This document shows, piece by piece, positions 13,307-22,967 of a stretch of 64,000 bases of DNA. The stretch's first letter is position 1. Each line of letters opens with the position of its first letter. The stretch covers positions 32,001 to 96,000 of the forward strand of contig CAWBWQ010000001.1 of the NCBI GenBank assembly GCA_963792535.1. The letters run 5' to 3'. The notes below the pieces were generated by a model. It did no database searches. It was given only the letters and a program-made list of their open reading frames with translations, and was not told where the DNA came from. The position numbers and the translations under genes are program-made. The DNA comes from an uncultured Phycisphaerales bacterium. GTDB lineage: Bacteria > Planctomycetota > Phycisphaerae > Tepidisphaerales > Tepidisphaeraceae.

Positions 13307-14425
13307 ATGAGCAAACGTGTTTTAATCACTGGCGGGGCTGGATTCATTGGTTCACATCTGGGTGACCTGCTGTTGGCCAATGGGTACCGAGTGCGGGTGC
13401 TTGATAACCTGAGCCCGCAGGTGCACGGGCCGGATCAGTACCGGCCTGATTACCTGCCGGATGATGTGGAGTTGATCATCGGCGATGTGCGGGATCCGCA
13501 AATTGTTCGCCGATCGCTGGCGGGTGTGGATGCGGTTGTGCATCTGGCGGCGGCGGTGGGTGTCGGTCAGAGCATGTACCAGATCGCTGAGTACACCTCG
13601 CAGAATAATATGGGAACTGCGGTGCTGCTCGAAGCACTTTCGCAGCGGCCGGTCGAGCGGCTGGTGGTCGCTTCCAGCATGAGCATTTATGGGGAAGGAT
13701 TATATCGGGGCGGCGATGACACGATCGTTGCGGGTGAAGATCGTACGGTAGAGCAACTGCGTAATCATGAATGGGAAGTGCGTGATGATCGCGGCCAGGG
13801 GCTGCGCCCGGTGCCCACGCCGGAGACGAAGCAGCCTTCGCTGGCGAGTGTGTACGCGTTGTCTAAATTCGATCAAGAGCGAATGTGCCTCATGATCGGC
13901 CGCGCGTACAGCATTCCAACAGTAGCCCTGCGATTCTTCAACGTGTTTGGTCCGCGGCAATCGTTGAACAATCCGTATACGGGAGTGTTGGCGATCTTCG
14001 CGTCGCGGCTGCTGAACGACCGCGCTCCCATCATCTTCGAAGATGGATTGCAGCAGCGTGACTTTGTCAGCGTGTATGACATTGCGCGGGCGTGCCAATT
14101 GGCGCTGGAAACAACTGAAGCGGTGGGGCACGCAGTGAACATTGGCAGTGGTGAACCGCACGCCGTTCGCGATGTTGCCGGCATGGTCGCCGGTGCGCTG
14201 GGTAAAGAGCATCTCGAAGCAGAGATCTCGGGCAAGTACCGCGTCGGCGATATCCGCCACTGCTTTGCTGACATCAGCCTTGCCCGCCGACTGCTTGGCT
14301 ATGCACCGAGTGTTTCGCTGCGCGAAGGCGTTGTTGAATTAGGTCAGTGGCTCGAAGGACACCACGCTCTCGATCAAGTCGACCTGGCCAACCGTGAACT
14401 CACCTCACGCGGGTTGGCGATCTAA
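13307..14425 (+). CDS. NAD-dependent nucleotide-sugar epimerase/dehydratase (extended SDR)
   Basis: TGGAGFIG, SSMSIYG, YALSK (YxxxK) and RFFNVFGP motifs, with an AGGAG RBS. Confidence 0.93.
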   Translation: MSKRVLITGGAGFIGSHLGDLLLANGYRVRVLDNLSPQVHGPDQYRPDYLPDDVELIIGDVRDPQIVRRSLAGVDAVVHLAAAVGVGQSMYQIAEYTSQNNMGTAVLLEALSQRPVERLVVASSMSIYGEGLYRGGDDTIVAGEDRTVEQLRNHEWEVRDDRGQGLRPVPTPETKQPSLASVYALSKFDQERMCLMIGRAYSIPTVALRFFNVFGPRQSLNNPYTGVLAIFASRLLNDRAPIIFEDGLQQRDFVSVYDIARACQLALETTEAVGHAVNIGSGEPHAVRDVAGMVAGALGKEHLEAEISGKYRVGDIRHCFADISLARRLLGYAPSVSLREGVVELGQWLEGHHALDQVDLANRELTSRGLAI

Positions 14426-14451
14426 TCGCATCTGCTTTTCACGAGACGGCC

Positions 14452-16597
14452 ATGAAACACAATTCACACAACCGAAAGACTGTTACCGCACGCAGCAGTC
14501 GCGAGGCAATCCCTCCTGCAGGTGACAAGCTTGGCATGATGGAATGGTTTCGCATCGGCGACCACGATCGGATTGACCAGGTTCTGGACGATCTGAAAAA
14601 GCTGGGGATCAGTCATATCCGCACGGGTATTTCCTGGGCAGATGCCTGCACCCCTGAAGGCGAAGCGTGGTACGCGTGGATGCTTCCGCAGCTTGCCCGA
14701 CAGGTGAATGTGCTGCCGTGCTTTGTCGACACGCCGCCGGGTTGGGGAGTTGCGCCAAAGACCAGTGCGCCGCCGGGCAATCTGAAAAGCTATGCTGATT
14801 TTCTGGACGTGCTGATCACGCGGTTTGGCCGGCATTTTGAATGGATCGAGCTTTGGAATGAGCCAAACGATCCGCGTAAATGGGATGCTGAGCTTGATCC
14901 GTATTGGATCAAGTTTACCGAAATGATCGGCAATGCTGCCTACTGGGCGCGGCGTCGTGGGAAGAAAACAGTTCTGGGCGGTATGCGGCCCATCGATCCT
15001 AATTGGCTTCGATTGATGGGCGATCGAAATCTTTTGCAATACATCGACGCCGTGGGCATTCATGCCTTTCCCAGCATGGACAATTCGCCGAAGGAACATT
15101 GGTCGCAGCAGATCCAGCCGGTGCGCGAAGTGCTGGAGCAGTTTAATCCCAAGGGTCAGATCTGGATTACCGAAACCGGTTACTCCACTTGGCGGCATGA
15201 TGAGCGCCGGCAATTGGCGGCATTTGTCGACGCGCTCAGCGCGCCGGCTGATCGCGTGTACTGGTACAGCCTGCGGGACCTGGATCCTCGCCTTGCCACC
15301 GTCGAAGGATTTCATGCCGATGAACGCGATTATAATTTCGGTCTGAAACGTGCCGATGGAGGCGACAAACTGCTCCACCGTCTCTGGTCCGACGGCGGGC
15401 TTGATGCGGTGCGGGATGCTTATTGGCTCGGTAAATCCGCATACGTGTCGGGCACTGATAAGCCGGTGCTGATCACCGGTGGCAGCGGATTCATTGGCAC
15501 CAATGTGGCCGATCGCATCATGTCCAGCGGGCAAAGTGTGCTCATCTACGACAACCTTTCCCGGCCAGGCGTTGAGCGGAACCTCACCTGGCTGCGGCAG
15601 CGTCATCGGGATCTGCTGCGGGTTGAAGCTGCCGATGTGCTGGACTCTCACGCCCTTCGCATGGCGGTGAGCCGCGCCAGCCAGGTATTTCACTTTGCCG
15701 CGCAGGTTGCTGTGACGACTTCGCTGGTGAACGCGGTGCATGATTTTGAGGTGAATGCGCGGGGAGCATTGAATCTGCTCGAAGCAATTCGAGCCCAGGA
15801 CAATCCGCCGCCGCTGATCTTCACCAGTACCAACAAAGTCTATGGACGGCTGGGAGATATTTCGCTTCAGCTGCGCGGGCAGCGGTATGAACCCGCTGAC
15901 GATCGCATTCGCAATTCCGGCATCAGTGAAGCACGTGTACTGGATTTCCACAGCCCCTACGGCTGCTCCAAGGGATGCGCCGATCAGTATGTGATCGACT
16001 ATGCCCGAACGTTTGATTTGCCAGCTCTGGTCTTCCGCATGAGCTGCATCTACGGCCCGCATCAGTGCGGAAACGAAGACCAGGGATGGGTTGCGCATTT
16101 CCTGATCCTGCGCACTGCGCGGCGAACCGATCACGCTGTATGGCGATGGAATGCAGGTCCGCGACATCCTTTTCGCCGACGATTTAGTGAACGCCTTCCT
16201 TCTGGCTCAGGCAAATATGTCGACGCTGCGGGGACAGGCATTCAACATCGGTGGAGGGCCGGCTAATACCATCAGTCTGCTCGAACTGCTCGACATGATC
16301 GAGCAGCTGAATGGCCGGCGCACACAAGTTCAGTTCAGTGCCTGGCGTCCGGGCGATCAACGGTACTACGTATCAGACCCAACCAAAATGCAGCAGATGA
16401 CCGGCTGGTCACCACGGGTGACGGCCCAGGTTGGTGTGCGGCGGTTGCATCACTGGCTCAGCGAAAACGTGATCGGCCGCAAGCCGCAGCGAAGACTTCC
16501 GTCATCTATCTCCGCGCCTGGTGACAGCGCGTGGACTGACACAGTGCTGTCGCCAGATGTGCAAGCCGTCGAAGCGATAAAGGAAGTGACCCAATGA
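14452..16597 (+). CDS. Fusion of a clan GH-A glycoside-hydrolase-like domain and a CDP-paratose/tyvelose-epimerase-like SDR; apparent frameshift near 16110
   Basis: N-half has WNEP and WITETG. C-half has TGGSGFIG, STNKVYG, YGCSK and EDQGWVAHF, and continues in ORF 16151..16597 (QVRDILF...WRPGDQRYY). Confidence 0.87.
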
Positions 16598-17637
16598 CGG
16601 CAGTCGCCCGCAATACTCTTGCTGCGCCCCCGCGCATGATGCAGGCTGCGGTGCTAACCGCGCCCCGTACCGTTGAGCTGCGTACGGTTCCGCTGCCTGC
16701 ACCGGGACCCGGCCAGATTCGCGTTCGCCTCGAGGGTTGTGGCGTATGCGCATCCAATATCCCGCCGTGGGAGGGCCGGCCCTGGTTTAGCTATCCAATG
16801 GCGCCCGGCGCGTTGGGGCACGAAAGTTGGGGGATTGTGGACGCAACGGGTGTGAACGTAACCAACTTCAAACCGGGCGACCGCATTGCCACCATTTCAC
16901 AGGCTGGATATGCGGAATATGACTTGGCCACTCCGGAGACGGCCGTGCGGTTATCTGATTCGCTGAGCGATCAACCCTTCCCCGCCGAACCACTAGGCTG
17001 CGCGATGAATATCTTCCGTAGAAGCAAAGTCCGCGCGGGAGAGACAGTCGCGATCATCGGTATCGGTTTTCTTGGCGCTTTATTAACACGCCTTGCTAAG
17101 AATGCTGGCGCGCGTGTTATTGCCATTTCGCGGCGGGCAGACTCCCTTGCGTTCGGCCGGCGCATGGGCGCTGATGAGGCGATAACGCTCGATGATCCCC
17201 ATCGCGTTATCAGGGAGGTGGCGGCGCTCACCAGTGGTTCGGGTGGTTATGACGTACAGGGTTTCTGCGACTGCGTGTTTGAATGCGCGGGCTCGCAGAA
17301 CGCGCTTGATCTGGCAGGCGAACTTTGCGGTGTGCGGGGTCGACTGATCGTCGCGGGCTATCACCAGGACGGGGTTCGGCAGATCAACATGCAGGTGTGG
17401 AACTGGCGGGGTTTGGACGTCATTAATGCGCATGAGCGTGATCCGGCTGTATATCGCCGCGGGATGCGCGATGCTGTCGCCGCTGTCGAGTCGGGTCAAC
17501 TCGACCCGCGTCCGTTGTTCACGCATCGGTTCCCACTGTCCAGGTTAAACCAGGCATTGGAGATGACGCATCAACGCCCCGCGGGTTTTGCAAAAGCATT
17601 GATTCTGTTCGATGAACCCGCCGGAGGGTGGCAATGA
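16594..17637 (+). CDS. Zinc-binding medium-chain dehydrogenase (MDR)
   Basis: CGVCAS, LGHE and GIGFLG motifs. Lacks the four-Cys structural zinc lobe. ATGA overlap with the upstream gene. Confidence 0.9.
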   Translation: MTAVARNTLAAPPRMMQAAVLTAPRTVELRTVPLPAPGPGQIRVRLEGCGVCASNIPPWEGRPWFSYPMAPGALGHESWGIVDATGVNVTNFKPGDRIATISQAGYAEYDLATPETAVRLSDSLSDQPFPAEPLGCAMNIFRRSKVRAGETVAIIGIGFLGALLTRLAKNAGARVIAISRRADSLAFGRRMGADEAITLDDPHRVIREVAALTSGSGGYDVQGFCDCVFECAGSQNALDLAGELCGVRGRLIVAGYHQDGVRQINMQVWNWRGLDVINAHERDPAVYRRGMRDAVAAVESGQLDPRPLFTHRFPLSRLNQALEMTHQRPAGFAKALILFDEPAGGWQ

Positions 17638-18749
17638 AAGTTCTGCTTACAGCCGACACGATTGGCGGGGTCTGGACCTACGCACTCGACCTTGCGCGCG
17701 GCCTTTCAACCCACGGTGTTGAGATCGCACTGGCGACGATGGGCGCGCCAGTCTCAGACGGCCAGCGAAACCAATTGCGGTCTGTGAAAAACGTCACGCT
17801 ATTCGAAAGTAACTACAAGCTGGAGTGGATGAACGACCCCTGGCGAGACGTGCGATGCAGCGGTGATTGGCTGCTGAAAATCGAAGAACAGCTTCAGCCA
17901 GATCTCGTGCATCTCAACGGTTATTCGCACGGATGCCTGCCGTTTAAGGCACCGAAGCTGGTGGTTGGACATTCGTGCGTGATGTCCTGGTGGCAGGCCT
18001 GCCGCGGCGAACCGGCACCTGTAGAGTGGGATCGATATCGAGAGCAAGCGCACGGCGGTTTGATCGCGGCCGATCTCGTCGTCACGCCTACGCATGCAAT
18101 GCTGGCGCAACTATGCCAACACTATGGTTCCATGGAACACGCGCTTGTGATTCCTAATGGTCGGCACATAGAGCAATACACCGAGTTATGGGAGAAGGAA
18201 CCCTTTGTGCTGGCAGCGGGCCGATTGTGGGACGAAGCTAAGAATCTCGCCACGCTGGACACTGCGGCGAATTCGCTGGACTGGCCGGTTTATGTAGCAG
18301 GTGATCAGCGTCATCCTGATGGTGGAATCGCTTCGTCCAATGCAGTGCGGCTTCTAGGGAGCCTCGACGAGGCAACGCTTGCCGGGTGGTACGGCCGTGC
18401 CGCAGTGTATGCACTGCCGGCTCGTTACGAGCCGTTCGGGCTCTCTATTCTTGAAGCGGCATTATCAGGTTGTGCACTTGTGCTGGGAGACATCCCCAGC
18501 CTGAGAGAGAACTGGGACGGCGCAGCAGAATTCGTGTCTCCTGATGATCCACAACAGCTGCGTGCCGCAATCCAGGGACTAGTGAAAGATTCGGCACGCC
18601 GCCGCGAACTTGCCCAGCGCAGCCTCCACCGCGCGATGCGGTTTAGTCTCACGACCTGCGCAGCCGGATATTTCGCTGCCTACCAGGACATTCTCGATGC
18701 CGCAGCCAGTAGAAAAGAACCCCGGAGCAACTACGCATGCGCATCGTAA
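17634..18749 (+). CDS. GT4 family glycosyltransferase
   Basis: DTIGGVWTY N-terminus and the YEPFGLSILEAA GT-B motif. Confidence 0.92.
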   Translation: MKVLLTADTIGGVWTYALDLARGLSTHGVEIALATMGAPVSDGQRNQLRSVKNVTLFESNYKLEWMNDPWRDVRCSGDWLLKIEEQLQPDLVHLNGYSHGCLPFKAPKLVVGHSCVMSWWQACRGEPAPVEWDRYREQAHGGLIAADLVVTPTHAMLAQLCQHYGSMEHALVIPNGRHIEQYTELWEKEPFVLAAGRLWDEAKNLATLDTAANSLDWPVYVAGDQRHPDGGIASSNAVRLLGSLDEATLAGWYGRAAVYALPARYEPFGLSILEAALSGCALVLGDIPSLRENWDGAAEFVSPDDPQQLRAAIQGLVKDSARRRELAQRSLHRAMRFSLTTCAAGYFAAYQDILDAAASRKEPRSNYACAS

Positions 18750-19885
18750 TGTTTTACCACTCGCTGATTTCGGATTGGAATCATGGCAACGCCCATTTTC
18801 TGCGGGGCGTTGTCTCGGAACTGACATTCCGCGGGCACGATGTGAGAGTGTATGAACCTGCCAACGGATGGAGTGCGCAGAATCTGACCGGTGAATTCGG
18901 TCAGTCACCGATTGATGCTTTTCACGCTGCTTATCCGGGGCTAAACAGCATTCAATACGACTTGCGAACTCTGGATCTGGACGATGTGCTGGAGGATGCC
19001 GACCTGGTTCTCGTGCATGAGTGGAACGATCATGCTCTGGTTCATCGCATCGGCGAACATCGCAAGTTGACAGGCCACTATCAACTGCTGTTTCACGACA
19101 CGCATCATCGTGCAGTAACACAGCCAGCTGAAATGTCGAAATACGACTTGACATGCTACGACGGTGTGCTGGCGTTTGGAAGAGTGCTGCGGGATCTATA
19201 TCTGAAATTGAGATGGACGCGCCGAGCGTGGATCTGGCACGAAGCCGCAGACACGCGGGTTTTTCGCCCGCTGGCGAATCAACCGCCGCAAGGTGATCTG
19301 GTATGGATCGGCAACTGGGGCGATGAAGAACGCACCGCTGAACTGCACAAGTTTATTTTAGATCCCGTGAAGGCGCTGGGTCTACACGCACGCTTCCATG
19401 GCGTCCGCTATCCAGATCATGCGAAGACTGCGCTCAAACAGGCGGGAATTGAATATGCCAACTGGCTTCCAAACTTTAAAGCGCCCCAGGTCTTTGGCGG
19501 TTTTAAGGTGACTGTGCATGTGCCGCGTCGGCCCTATGTGCAGGCGTTGCCGGGTATTCCAACGATCCGCGTATTCGAAGCTTTGGCGTGTGGGATCCCA
19601 TTGATTTGCTCGCCCTGGGATGACGCCGAGAACCTGTTCGACCCCGGGCATGATTTTCTCTATGCCAACAACGAGAGGGAGATGCAGCAGCAGTTGCGCC
19701 GAGTTCTTTATGAACCAGAGTTTGCGCGGCAACTCGCCGCGCATGGGCATCGAACGATTCTCTCGCGGCATACGTGTGCCCATCGTGTGGATGAACTGCT
19801 CAATATCGCCGCGGAGTTAATGGCCGAATCACGGCTGACACGAAAGCCAAATGCTGACAAGGAGAGCCAATGCCTGCCGGTTTAA
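18737..19885 (+). CDS. CgeB-family (Glyco_trans_1_2) glycosyltransferase
   Basis: SDWNHGNAHFLRG N-terminus, IRVFEALACG and a C-terminal HTCAHRV. Confidence 0.88.
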   Translation: MRIVMFYHSLISDWNHGNAHFLRGVVSELTFRGHDVRVYEPANGWSAQNLTGEFGQSPIDAFHAAYPGLNSIQYDLRTLDLDDVLEDADLVLVHEWNDHALVHRIGEHRKLTGHYQLLFHDTHHRAVTQPAEMSKYDLTCYDGVLAFGRVLRDLYLKLRWTRRAWIWHEAADTRVFRPLANQPPQGDLVWIGNWGDEERTAELHKFILDPVKALGLHARFHGVRYPDHAKTALKQAGIEYANWLPNFKAPQVFGGFKVTVHVPRRPYVQALPGIPTIRVFEALACGIPLICSPWDDAENLFDPGHDFLYANNEREMQQQLRRVLYEPEFARQLAAHGHRTILSRHTCAHRVDELLNIAAELMAESRLTRKPNADKESQCLPV

Positions 19886-20979
19886 ACGTAGCATTCTTTG
19901 GTTCCAGCCTTATATCAGCTTATTGGAATGGAGCGGCAACCTACTACCGTGGAATCATTCGCGCACTGGCAGAGCGCGGCCATCGCGTGACGTTTTACGA
20001 ATCCGACGCGTACGACCGCCAGAAGCATCGCGATATTCCCAATCCCCCGTGGGCAGAAAGTGTGGTGTATTCTTCAACTGATACTGACCAACTGCAGCGC
20101 TGCCTCGATGAAGCTGCAGATGCAGATTTTATTGTCAAAGCCAGCGGTAACGGAGTGTTTGATGAGTTTCTGGAACAGGCTGTCGCCGATCTAAAAAGGC
20201 CGACGAACATGGTCGCCTTCTGGGATGTGGATGCGCCCGCGACGCTGGATCGATTGCACAGTAATCTGCTTGATAAATTTCATCTACTAATTCCGCAATA
20301 CGATTTGATTCTGACCTACGGCGGTGGTCAGCCGGTTGTTTCTGCTTACCAGGCTTTAGGGGCGCGGCAGTGCGTGCCAATCTACAACGCATTGGACCCC
20401 GCAACCCATCATCCGGTCCAACCTGATAATCGCTTTGCCGCTGATCTGGGCTTCCTCGGAAATCGCCTGCCCGATCGGGAAGCGAGAGTCGAAGAATTCT
20501 TTCTGGATGCAGCTGCAATACTGCCCGGAAAACATTTTCTGCTGGGCGGCAGTGGCTGGCACGATAAGCCGATGCCTGCGAACATTGCTTACGTAGGTCA
20601 CGTCTACACGCAGAATCACAATGCGTTTAACAGTACGCCCACGGCGCTGCTGAACATCAGTCGCGACAGCATGGCCCGTTATGGATTCTCGCCTGCCACG
20701 CGCGTGTTTGAAGCCGCCGGCGCGGCCGCTTGTGTCATTACCGATAATTTCGTCGGTATAGACGAATTCTTCGAGCCTGAAAAGGAGATCCTAGTTGCCC
20801 GCAGTGGCGCTGAGGTTGCAACCTCTGTGGCATCTTTGACCAAGGCAAAAGCAAGGGTCATCGGCCAGGCTGCTCTACGTCGCGCTTTGACGGATCACAC
20901 GTATGCCCATCGCGCCAGGCTTCTGGAGGAAGTGCTGGGTGCAACCCATCTTCAACCCGTGTTCACTTCACATGCTTAA
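19870..20979 (+). CDS. CgeB-family glycosyltransferase
   Basis: SAYWNGAATYYRG, SPATRVFEAAG and HTYAHRA motifs. Confidence 0.88.
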   Translation: MPAGLNVAFFGSSLISAYWNGAATYYRGIIRALAERGHRVTFYESDAYDRQKHRDIPNPPWAESVVYSSTDTDQLQRCLDEAADADFIVKASGNGVFDEFLEQAVADLKRPTNMVAFWDVDAPATLDRLHSNLLDKFHLLIPQYDLILTYGGGQPVVSAYQALGARQCVPIYNALDPATHHPVQPDNRFAADLGFLGNRLPDREARVEEFFLDAAAILPGKHFLLGGSGWHDKPMPANIAYVGHVYTQNHNAFNSTPTALLNISRDSMARYGFSPATRVFEAAGAAACVITDNFVGIDEFFEPEKEILVARSGAEVATSVASLTKAKARVIGQAALRRALTDHTYAHRARLLEEVLGATHLQPVFTSHA

Positions 20980-22105
20980 CCCGATCCAAAGCAGCAACGA
21001 TCGTGCGCGGACGCCATTGAACATCGTCATCATTGGCCTGACGATCACTTCTTCATGGGGCAACGGTCATGCAACCACCTACCGCGGCTTGGTCCGCGGG
21101 TTGGTAGAGCGTGGACATGAGGTCCTTTTCCTCGAGCATAATAAGCCATGGTATGCGGATAACCGCGACTTAGCTGATCCACCCTATGGACGGACCGAAC
21201 AGTACACCACCGTTGAGGATCTGAAACACCGATTCGCTGATGCCATCAAGTCCGCGGATCTGGTCATCGTTGGCTCTTATGTAGTGCAGGGCGTTGAGGT
21301 AGGCGATTGGGTCACTGGTGTTGCAACCGGTATCACCGCATTTTACGACATCGACACGCCGGTAACATTAGCCAAGCTTCGGCGCGGTGATTATGAGTAT
21401 CTCACCCCTGAACTGATTCCCAGATATAGCCTGTATCTTTCTTTTACCGGCGGTCCAACGCTGCAACGCATTGAGCGCGACTACAGATCGCCGCGCGCAT
21501 TACCGCTGTATTGCAGTGTTGATCCGAAACTCTATTTTCCGGAACCACCATCGACCATGACATGGGACCTGGGTTACCTGGGAACCTACAGCGACGACCG
21601 CCAGCCAACATTAAACGAACTGATGATGCGACCCGCCCGATTGGTTGCGCACTTGAGCTGCGTCGTCGCGGGTCCGCAGTATCCCGCGACGATCGACTGG
21701 CCAAACAATGTAAAGCGGATCGAGCACCTTTCGCCTTGCGAACATCGCCGGTTTTACAATCGCCAGCGTTTCACGCTCAACGTCACCAGATCCGACATGA
21801 TAGCCGCCGGCTTTAGCCCGAGTGTGCGCCTCTTTGAAGCGGCAGCGTGCGGCGTCCCTATCATCAGCGACTGGTGGGAAGGACTCGATACGCTGCTGAT
21901 TCCCGATGAAGAAATTTTGATCGCCCGCACCACGTCCGACGTGCTGCGCCACCTCGCGCAGATCGACGAGAACAAACGCCAGGCAATCGGCGCACGTGCG
22001 CGAAAGAGGATTCTTTCTGCTCACACTTCAACCCATCGTGCCAGAGAGTTGGAGCAGTATGCGCTGGATGCTTTAGGCTCACTCAAGCAAGGATTGCTGA
22101 TATGA
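20972..22105 (+). CDS. CgeB-family glycosyltransferase
   Basis: SSWGNGHATTYRG, SPSVRLFEAAACG and HTSTHRA motifs. Start at the ATG overlapping the previous gene. Confidence 0.88.
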   Translation: MLNPIQSSNDRARTPLNIVIIGLTITSSWGNGHATTYRGLVRGLVERGHEVLFLEHNKPWYADNRDLADPPYGRTEQYTTVEDLKHRFADAIKSADLVIVGSYVVQGVEVGDWVTGVATGITAFYDIDTPVTLAKLRRGDYEYLTPELIPRYSLYLSFTGGPTLQRIERDYRSPRALPLYCSVDPKLYFPEPPSTMTWDLGYLGTYSDDRQPTLNELMMRPARLVAHLSCVVAGPQYPATIDWPNNVKRIEHLSPCEHRRFYNRQRFTLNVTRSDMIAAGFSPSVRLFEAAACGVPIISDWWEGLDTLLIPDEEILIARTTSDVLRHLAQIDENKRQAIGARARKRILSAHTSTHRARELEQYALDALGSLKQGLLI

Positions 22106-22932
22106 CCACCGCCGCCATGCCCGCAGCACAACCTCATGCAATACAGGAGCATATTGACCGGCTCGGCCCGTGGTTTCACAACCTGCACCTGCCTGATGGA
22201 ACTCAAACCTGCCCCGATCATTGGCTGGGGGATTTTCCATCCTTTAAGTGGCAGCAACTCGCACCGCATCTCCCGGACGATTTAACCGGTTGGCGAGCTC
22301 TGGATATCGGCTGCAATGCAGGTTTCTATGCGTTTGAACTGGCAAAGCGCAGCGCGCACGTGCTGGGTATCGACGCTGATGAACGCTATCTAACGCAGGC
22401 CCGCTGGGCAGCGGAGCATTTTAACCTGCAACGGCAGGTACGCTTCGATCGCATGCAGGTTTATGACCTGGCTCAGCTGGATGAAAAGTTCGATCTCGTG
22501 CTTTTCATGGGGGTGTTCTATCACCTGCGCTATCCGATGCTCGGACTGGATCTGGTGTGTCAGCATGTGAATCGCTTGATGGTCTTCCAGACGCTGACGA
22601 TGCCGGGTGATGAAGTGTTTGAGCAAACATTTGATCGTAAGTTCACCGCTGACGACCGAGATCGGAAGCTGATGCTTGAGCCGGGTTGGCCCAAGCTTGC
22701 GTTTTTGGAGCATGGCTTCAGCGGTGATCCGACCAACTGGTGGTGCGCAAACCATGCGGGCGTCCAGGCAATGCTGAGATCGGCGGGAATGAAAATTACG
22801 GGAAATCCCGGGCATGAAATTTACTTATGCGAACCGGATACGCAGCGGCCGTCGTCTGTCGCAACCTGGAATAAGGCCGAACTGCTGGCAGCTACCGGAC
22901 GACCACGGCAAAGGGTCGCGGATAATCGCTGA
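22102..22932 (+). CDS. Class I SAM-dependent methyltransferase (TIGR04290-like, CmoB-related)
   Basis: LGPWFHNLHL, LDIGCNAGFY, FMGVFYHLRYP and DPTNWW motifs. Confidence 0.87.
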   Translation: MTTAAMPAAQPHAIQEHIDRLGPWFHNLHLPDGTQTCPDHWLGDFPSFKWQQLAPHLPDDLTGWRALDIGCNAGFYAFELAKRSAHVLGIDADERYLTQARWAAEHFNLQRQVRFDRMQVYDLAQLDEKFDLVLFMGVFYHLRYPMLGLDLVCQHVNRLMVFQTLTMPGDEVFEQTFDRKFTADDRDRKLMLEPGWPKLAFLEHGFSGDPTNWWCANHAGVQAMLRSAGMKITGNPGHEIYLCEPDTQRPSSVATWNKAELLAATGRPRQRVADNR

Positions 22933-22967
22933 TTCTGGTTGCGAACATTCATCGGGGAAATCTTCGC

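Noticed and set aside
14464..16167. 567-aa minus-strand ORF
   Set aside because: Antisense shadow of the GH-epimerase fusion.
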